Shown: in pieces, positions 58,184-64,000 of the stretch | Layout: each line of letters begins with the position of its first letter | Numbering within the stretch: the first letter of the stretch is position 1 | Assembly (NCBI GenBank): GCA_023381695.1 | Contig: JAMCQP010000117.1 | Coordinates: 10,489 to 74,488 of the forward strand | Length of the DNA stretch: 64,000 bases | Source of the DNA: Bacillota bacterium | Lineage (GTDB): Bacteria; Bacillota; UBA5301; JAMCQP01 | Direction of reading: 5' to 3' | The notes under the pieces: generated by a model | Told to the model about the DNA's origin: nothing | The model's database searches: none | Seen by the model: only the letters and a program-made list of their open reading frames with translations | Position numbers and translations under genes: made by a program

Positions 58184-59113
58184 ATGGATTTAAAGGAATG
58201 GGCACAAAGAAAGGGGTATCGTATTGCATGGGGACCCGTCTCTCTGCTTGACGAGATCCGGAATGAGCTGGTCAATCGCCATGAGGCGGGGGAGTTTGAG
58301 GAGAAATTCTTTGAAAAAAGCCTTTCTAACTTTGGATATCTCAAGGGTTTGTCTGAGATCAGGACGGTCGGGGTCGTGGCCATTCCCAGACCTGGACATC
58401 TAATCCGTTTCTCCAACGGAAACCGGACCATAGACGCCGTTGCCCCGCCGACCTATCTTGACTACGATAAGACGGCCCAGGATGTCCTGGCGGAGATGAA
58501 CGATTTGGTCCCCGGGGAGGAGCCCCACTTCGTATCGTTGCACGCTCCCCTCAAAGGATTGGCGGTGCGGACTGGCCTGGCTCATTACGGGCGGAACAAC
58601 ATCACGTTTGTCCCGGGGATGGGCAGTTATCATCAACTGGTGGGTTTTGCAAGCGATCTTGATCTAGGCTCCGCAAATTTGCCAGAAGCAAAAACGCCGG
58701 CTCTCTTGCCCCTCTGCGAAAGCTGCTCGGCGTGTCAAAAAGCTTGCCCTACGGGAGCGATAAGTAAAGAGCGTTTCTTGCTTCGTGGAGAACGCTGCCT
58801 CACCTTCTTAAACGAATACGAAGAAGCCTGGCCCGATTGGCTCCCCTCCACCACCCATAACTGTCTCGTAGGCTGCCTTCTTTGTCAGAAAGCCTGCCCG
58901 CAAAACGCAGGCCTCTTAAGGTTTGAGAAGGCCAGGGAGGAGTTCACTTCAGATGAGACCGCCGCCCTCCTGGGCGGCGGCAGTGAGGGCAATGAACGCC
59001 TGTGGCGCGCGATCACCGAGAAGTTGACGCGCATCGGCCTGGATGGGTATGAGCCGGTGCTTGGGCGGAATCTGAAAGTGCTTCTTGCTGCTCAGACTCC
59101 AAATAAAGTTTGA
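58184..59113 (+). CDS. QueG-like double 4Fe-4S protein
   Basis: AVRTGLAHYGRNNI, CESCSACQKACPTGA, CLTFLNE, CLVGCLLCQKACP. Confidence 0.82.
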   Translation: MDLKEWAQRKGYRIAWGPVSLLDEIRNELVNRHEAGEFEEKFFEKSLSNFGYLKGLSEIRTVGVVAIPRPGHLIRFSNGNRTIDAVAPPTYLDYDKTAQDVLAEMNDLVPGEEPHFVSLHAPLKGLAVRTGLAHYGRNNITFVPGMGSYHQLVGFASDLDLGSANLPEAKTPALLPLCESCSACQKACPTGAISKERFLLRGERCLTFLNEYEEAWPDWLPSTTHNCLVGCLLCQKACPQNAGLLRFEKAREEFTSDETAALLGGGSEGNERLWRAITEKLTRIGLDGYEPVLGRNLKVLLAAQTPNKV

Positions 59114-59195
59114 TATCACCGTCTTTCGTAGTTACACTGGCGTTATACAGTTACAAGGCGCATTTGGGGTAACGCTCTCCCGTAAAATGCGTGTT

Positions 59196-60503
59196 TCAGA
59201 CCTTCACATGCACCCGTTCATCAAGAAGACCGGTGAATTCGATAACTTCCACAGCTTCCGGCTTGAGCTCCATTTCGAAGAGCAGTTCCTCGGCGCTTCG
59301 CCTTGTCCAGGAATGCGATGCCTCCTCAATCGTTGCAGTTCCGGGCACCCGATGCAAAACCTTCACCAGGGCTGGTTCCTCCTTGTGGTTTTTCAGGACC
59401 ATCTGCCAGTGCTCCTTACGAATTCCCCGGTCATTTCTCTTCGAGAGGCACTTCCTTTCGCAGGCAATGTCAAAAGCTTCCCCGATCTCCAGCCGCAGGG
59501 TCTCGCCATTAGGGGTATGACCGATCGCGTCCTCGCCGACAAAGGACAGACCCCCATCTGATTCGTCCTTCTGGTAGACTTTGAATGTGCCGGCCGGGAA
59601 AGGCATCCCCAGGCCGCATTCGGCGGTGTTCTTCATCTCCAGCACAATCCTGGCGTCTTCCGAGAAGGGGGCCACCTCATAATAACGCTCGTATGGCACG
59701 TCTGCCGCGCCAAAAAGACGGATCTGCTTCGACTGGTGGTCTTTCAGGCTAGTGACGCCCTCCATCGTGTAGAGGTGGCAGTCGGAGAAACTCTTTTCGG
59801 AAAAGCCCGAACCGCCCTGCTCGTTTACGGTCACGCAGTAATCTACTTGCGGATTGGAGACACGGTTCACTTCGCCGGCCAGCAGCTTCAGACGTGCGCC
59901 AGTAAAAGTGATGCCTGCCTCGTTGCGAATCTCCACCCAGGCGTCGATAGACAACTTATCCTTCCGCAATTCCGCCACATAATTGGCCGTCCAGGAAAGC
60001 CCCCTGGCCAGGTAGGAGACGCCAATCTCCTCCGACGCCCGCGGCCTGAGCAGGAAGACCAGCGCGGGTCTGGCGGACAATCCCTCGGGCAGCTTCGGCA
60101 GGACAAGCTCACCCGCGGGGTCAACCAGGACTTCTCCGGTTTCCACATCTTCCAGGATTAGTCCCGGACCGGCAGCAAGCAGACGGCACGCCCTTTTTTG
60201 CGGCTCTTTGTCCCGAATCAGGAAGACCGTTTCACCCACGTATTTCCCCAGCAACTTCGCCTTGTCCACCAGGTCATACTCATAGTTCACTTCCGCCACG
60301 TCGATGCCTTCGACCCGAAGCGACTCCACCTCCATCCGCTGGGCCACATCCATGTACTGTAGGCGCGCCTCCCCTCCCGCCAGATTCACCGCCCGGCGTT
60401 CGGCCACCAATCCGAACCCGTCGTTGTAGACGGTAAGGCAAAGATCCCTGCTCTCTTTCATGGTGCACATCTTCAAATTAATCAGCTCCCTTCTTTTACC
60501 CAA
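59196..60503 (-). CDS. DUF4139-domain protein
   Basis: LTVYNDGFGLV, SYLARGLSWTANY, SFSDCHLY, FPAGTFKVY; start uncertain. Confidence 0.8.
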   Translation of the reverse strand: MGKRRELINLKMCTMKESRDLCLTVYNDGFGLVAERRAVNLAGGEARLQYMDVAQRMEVESLRVEGIDVAEVNYEYDLVDKAKLLGKYVGETVFLIRDKEPQKRACRLLAAGPGLILEDVETGEVLVDPAGELVLPKLPEGLSARPALVFLLRPRASEEIGVSYLARGLSWTANYVAELRKDKLSIDAWVEIRNEAGITFTGARLKLLAGEVNRVSNPQVDYCVTVNEQGGSGFSEKSFSDCHLYTMEGVTSLKDHQSKQIRLFGAADVPYERYYEVAPFSEDARIVLEMKNTAECGLGMPFPAGTFKVYQKDESDGGLSFVGEDAIGHTPNGETLRLEIGEAFDIACERKCLSKRNDRGIRKEHWQMVLKNHKEEPALVKVLHRVPGTATIEEASHSWTRRSAEELLFEMELKPEAVEVIEFTGLLDERVHVKV

Positions 60504-60539
60504 ATCGTAGCACAGGGAGGGAGCTGCACATCTGGACTC

Positions 60540-61118
60540 TCAGTCCAGATCCGGCCCTAGCAGGCGCAGCCCGCAATGTTCCAGCAGGAGGTTGGTCTCG
60601 AGCGGCGACTGGAGATTCTCCAGGCAGCGCAAGATGATATAGTCCCGTTTAATATGCTCACTTAATCCGTAGCCCAGATACCCCAGCAACCGCCGCGTCT
60701 CTTTCTCTTTGAGCCGGAGAGCCAGGGCAAGGCAGATGAGCGTATCGCGGCCAGGGAGCCTTCTCCCCGCTTGAATTTTGTAAAATGTATTTTCCAGGAG
60801 CAAGGCTCTCTCGCAAAGCTCTCTCTTGGTGCCGGACCAGTGCTTTTGAATCGCGCTGGATAATACCGCGGTAAAGTCGCCCTCCACATCTAGCCCCTCG
60901 AGCTCCTTGAGCGAAGGCGCTGATATAGAACGATCGGGCATGGAAGGATAGCACTCCTCCACTACCGCCTGCCTGGATTCTTGAACCTCATAAGAAGGCT
61001 CATCGTCGGCAACAAAGTTCATAATTTTTACTTTCGCCAGCAACTCCAGCATCCAGGCGCTCATCTGCACCGCCATCAATCTCGCCTCCAACATCCTGTC
61101 CGTTGAAAAGAATATCAA
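60540..61118 (-). CDS. Hypothetical protein with XRE-like HTH
   Basis: FYKIQAGRRLPGRDTLICLALALRL..TRRLLGYLGYGLS..RDYII; start uncertain. Confidence 0.65.
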   Translation of the reverse strand: MIFFSTDRMLEARLMAVQMSAWMLELLAKVKIMNFVADDEPSYEVQESRQAVVEECYPSMPDRSISAPSLKELEGLDVEGDFTAVLSSAIQKHWSGTKRELCERALLLENTFYKIQAGRRLPGRDTLICLALALRLKEKETRRLLGYLGYGLSEHIKRDYIILRCLENLQSPLETNLLLEHCGLRLLGPDLD

Positions 61119-61401
61119 AAAAGTACGTTAAAGATCCCGTAAGTTTTTTATCTTCTTTTCTCCTGTCGGCTTTTCCTGCCATGCCTTATTGGCTGCTAAC
61201 TGCTCCTATCCGGGAACCCGCCATACTTCTTATGGTAAAGTAAGAATCCCCTTCCGAAACCGGAAAGGGATCCCTTTTCGCATGCTTTTCCGTTCCAAGT
61301 TACGCCAGTGTTTCATTAAGCTTGGCGTCCGCCCTTTGAAACTTATACTTTGGCATAACCCATTGGGTGGAGTACGCAGAGCAGTTGGTTGGCGTGGATA
61401 G

Positions 61402-61517
61402 TGGAACACCACAACGCTCGCGCAGGGTCTGGTGGCCTTCGTCGAACCACTTCTGGGGCAGGTAGAGCCTCCGGTCCACCAGGCGTAGCCAGCTGCCCCG
61501 GAGTAGCCCATGAATAC
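61402..61517 (-). mobile_element. IS701-family transposase scrap
   Basis: VFMGYSGAAGYA / LVDRRLYLPQKWFDEGHQTLRERCGVP across a frameshift; no element ends seen. Confidence 0.65.
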
Positions 61518-61531
61518 AGGGGAACGCTGGA

Positions 61532-61578
61532 AACATCTCCCACAGAAACGGCACATCTAAACCCTGTATGGGCCTGAT
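61532..61578 (-). repeat. 47-bp relic homologous to the GNAT 5' end at 32111-32157
   Basis: 41/47 nt identical; IRPIQGLDVPFLWEM versus IRPIQDSDLPFLWEM. Confidence 0.75.
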
Positions 61579-62339
61579 TAAGCCCCGGCCGTTTTCCTTG
61601 GAGCCGCCGCGCGTATTGTCCAGGGCAGATACAGCAGCGTCCAGACGATGACCACGCAGATTAGTAATAATCCGACATACCACGGGTGTCCAACCCACTT
61701 GTCAAACAGTTCGATCGGGGTCTGGGCAGGAGCCTTGCTGATAAACAAATAGTTGCTGTGCAGCACCTTGTTCACCAGGGCGTCAAAAACGGCGAGAGAA
61801 GACAGGAGCAGAAAACTTTTGGGCAGATACTTTATATTGGGTCTGAATCCATCCCCGAAAAGCCATAACAATGGAATAAGAGCCAGGAGGGCATGAACGG
61901 TTATCGATTGCAGATATTGAAAACTCAAAAGCGGGTACCCGCTGGGTTCCGGGGTGAGAAGCGCCATGAAAGCGCCGGGTAATCCGGTGTTATAGACAAA
62001 TTCCTCAAGAAGCCTTTTCCCTGTAAACACCGCGAAGAATTCAAAAAAGATCATAACCCCGCAAAGATGCAGTGGAAGCATTCGAGCAAGATCATAATGG
62101 CCGACCGACAATGCCCAGACCGTGCGGGCCACCTCAAGCATGACCACCGAAACGGCAAGGGCTTTCATCACCCTCCGTCTTGTTTCTTTTCTCAACCTGG
62201 AGCAAGCAAAGATGCCAATCGCCATCAAAACAAGGGTAACAGATATCCAGGCAAAATGTGTCGGGCTGAAGTTCCTCACTTCTAATCCCCTGGGAAGATC
62301 CGCATCGTAATAAAAAAAGTACTTGAGGTTGTCCATCAT
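61578..62339 (-). CDS. YwaF/TMEM164 (TIGR02206) integral membrane protein
   Basis: LPLHLCG, ALLTP, HSNYLFISKAP, WYVGL. Confidence 0.88.
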   Translation of the reverse strand: MMDNLKYFFYYDADLPRGLEVRNFSPTHFAWISVTLVLMAIGIFACSRLRKETRRRVMKALAVSVVMLEVARTVWALSVGHYDLARMLPLHLCGVMIFFEFFAVFTGKRLLEEFVYNTGLPGAFMALLTPEPSGYPLLSFQYLQSITVHALLALIPLLWLFGDGFRPNIKYLPKSFLLLSSLAVFDALVNKVLHSNYLFISKAPAQTPIELFDKWVGHPWYVGLLLICVVIVWTLLYLPWTIRAAAPRKTAGA

Positions 62340-62415
62340 ATTGACTCCCACTTGTGACCCTCAACCGTATAATCTGTAATTCGGGTGGGATTCAAGGCAG
62401 TGACCGCACTTCTGT

Positions 62416-63036
62416 TCAGGTCGACTTTTTGGGGGGCGCCTTTTTTTCGGTTACCTTGACCCTGGCCAACGCCCTGTTTATCTCGCTCAAATAGAAGTAT
62501 TCCGGATCAAACTTGCGCCCGCCGGCATCCTTTTCAGCCCAGACAAGGTATTCATCATGCTCGGGGTGTTTCGGGTCCGCGATTATTCTTAAGAAGTCAG
62601 CATAAGCCCCAACCCCTCCCACATCTTCGGGCGGTCGATGCCGCTCTCCTCCGATACATCGCGGATAATGTTCATCCTCACCGGCGGCAAGGATTTTTTC
62701 CACCACCACTTCGTGTTCCCAGTTGTCCCCGAAATCGTAGGTATAGGTGAATTGGTCTTGCTCATGCAGGAATCCGTCTATTTTAACCCTTTTGGCGTTT
62801 AACTCTTCGACCCCCGGCCCATACATCTCTCCCGGAGGATAATCCGGGTCGGGAAGGCAAACGACGGTATCCCCGAAATCAAAATTATACAGGTGATAAT
62901 TCCGCCAGCCGAATGAGGCCTGAATAATTTTATGCAGTTTATGGAAGCTGATATCTTCAGGTATCAACAGCCGCCGCCAGATGGGCGGGGTGATCTCCTT
63001 GATTGTGATTTTGATCTGGTAAACTTTGCTATCCAT
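62416..63036 (-). CDS. Plasmid pRiA4b ORF-3 family protein
   Basis: PPIWRRLLIP..LHKIIQASFGW.NYHLYNF, YTYDFGDNWEHEV, GERHRPPEDVGG; ATG 63036 after GGGGGTAGG. Confidence 0.92.
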   Translation of the reverse strand: MDSKVYQIKITIKEITPPIWRRLLIPEDISFHKLHKIIQASFGWRNYHLYNFDFGDTVVCLPDPDYPPGEMYGPGVEELNAKRVKIDGFLHEQDQFTYTYDFGDNWEHEVVVEKILAAGEDEHYPRCIGGERHRPPEDVGGVGAYADFLRIIADPKHPEHDEYLVWAEKDAGGRKFDPEYFYLSEINRALARVKVTEKKAPPKKST

Positions 63037-63073
63037 ATACCTACCCCCATTCATTGGCGTCCAGCGCCGCAGT

Positions 63074-64000
63074 TTATAGGTTATTGACAATCTCCTTGAA
63101 ACTCTCCAATCCAGCTTCCAGGTTTTCGATGATCTCCTGTGCCAGATCATCTGGGTCTGGCAGGTTATCCAGGTCGGCCAGGCTTTTGTCTTTCAGCCAG
63201 AATATGTCGAGGTTGGTTTTATCGCGAGCGATGACCTCTTCATAGGTGAACTTTCTCCAGCGGCCTTCCGGGTTGGCCTCGGACCAGGTTTCTTTTCTTG
63301 CGAAGCGGTTTTCGGGATTAAAGCATTTGATAAAATCCTTCAGGTCTTCATAGCGCATGGGAGACTTTTTGAGCGTATGGTGGACATTGGTGCGGTAATC
63401 ATACACCCAGATCTCTTTCGTCCAGGGTTCTTTGGCCGCCGGCCGGGCATCGAAGAAGAGGACGTTCGCCTTGACGCCCTGCGCATAGAAGATCCCGGTG
63501 GGAAGACGGAGAATGGTATGCAGGTCGGTGCTTTCCAGCAACTTTTTCCGCACGGTTTCACCCGCCCCACCTTCGAAAAGCACGTTGTCCGGCACCACCA
63601 CAGCCGCCTTGCCGTCGGCTTTCAAGAGCGTGTGAATGTGCTGCACAAAATTCAACTGTTTGTTGCTGGTGGTGGCCCAGAAGTCCTGGCGGTTGTACAC
63701 CAGGTCTTCCTTTTCCTGTTCGCCTTCCTCGTTGGTGAAGGTCATGCTGCTCTTATTCCCAAAAGGAGGGTTGGTCAATACGTAGTCATAACGAGTGCCG
63801 GGGTCGGCCACCAGGGCGTCCGCCGGTGAAATAGATGTATCCCTGTCAATCTCCCCGATATTGTGCAGGAACATATTCATCAGGCACAGCCGACGGGTGT
63901 TGGCGACGATCTCGTTGCCGGCGAACGTTTCGTGTTTCAGGAATTCCTTCTGCTCTTTATCCAGCTGGTAGTTCTTGAGAAGATAATCGTAAGCGGCGAG
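63074..64000 (-). CDS. hsdM: Type I R-M methyltransferase, 5'-partial (runs off the window)
   Basis: VLTNPPFG (motif IV), VVPDNVLFEGG, HTILRLPTGIFYAQGVKANV, EcoKI-like tail LDIFWLKD; open frame to 64000. Confidence 0.93.
   Translation of the reverse strand, partial: LAAYDYLLKNYQLDKEQKEFLKHETFAGNEIVANTRRLCLMNMFLHNIGEIDRDTSISPADALVADPGTRYDYVLTNPPFGNKSSMTFTNEEGEQEKEDLVYNRQDFWATTSNKQLNFVQHIHTLLKADGKAAVVVPDNVLFEGGAGETVRKKLLESTDLHTILRLPTGIFYAQGVKANVLFFDARPAAKEPWTKEIWVYDYRTNVHHTLKKSPMRYEDLKDFIKCFNPENRFARKETWSEANPEGRWRKFTYEEVIARDKTNLDIFWLKDKSLADLDNLPDPDDLAQEIIENLEAGLESFKEIVNNL

Overview
GC-rich bacterial chromosomal window, probably Bacillota (GGAGG-type RBSs, TTGACA/TATAAT promoters, HPr with Ser46). 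It is mostly intact nutrient-uptake operons: (1) GntR + LarA/DUF2088-like protein + sugar ABC + gluconokinase + IlvD-type dehydratase; (2) fructose-type PTS carrying ptsH/ptsI; (3) FadR/GntR + sugar ABC + Cys/Met-family PLP lyase + ROK kinase + GmhA-like SIS protein; (4) DdpABCDF-like peptide ABC + Ala-Glu epimerase; (5) BadF kinase + RpiR + NanE + sugar ABC + serine hydrolase. Between them lie accessory patches with at least a dozen gene relics (deletions, 1-bp indels, one nonsense codon), an IS701 scrap, decayed TA genes and many short tandem duplications. The window ends in a type I hsdM followed by a pRiA4b ORF-3 gene. I found no CRISPR array, rRNA or tRNA. Best leads: a candidate leader-peptide attenuator on an rsgA paralog, the PLP-lyase/sugar-ABC cluster, paired GTAAC-N21-GTTAC boxes beside a CGNR regulator, and the LarA-like sugar-acid cluster. 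All family calls come from motif recognition by eye, not database searches.
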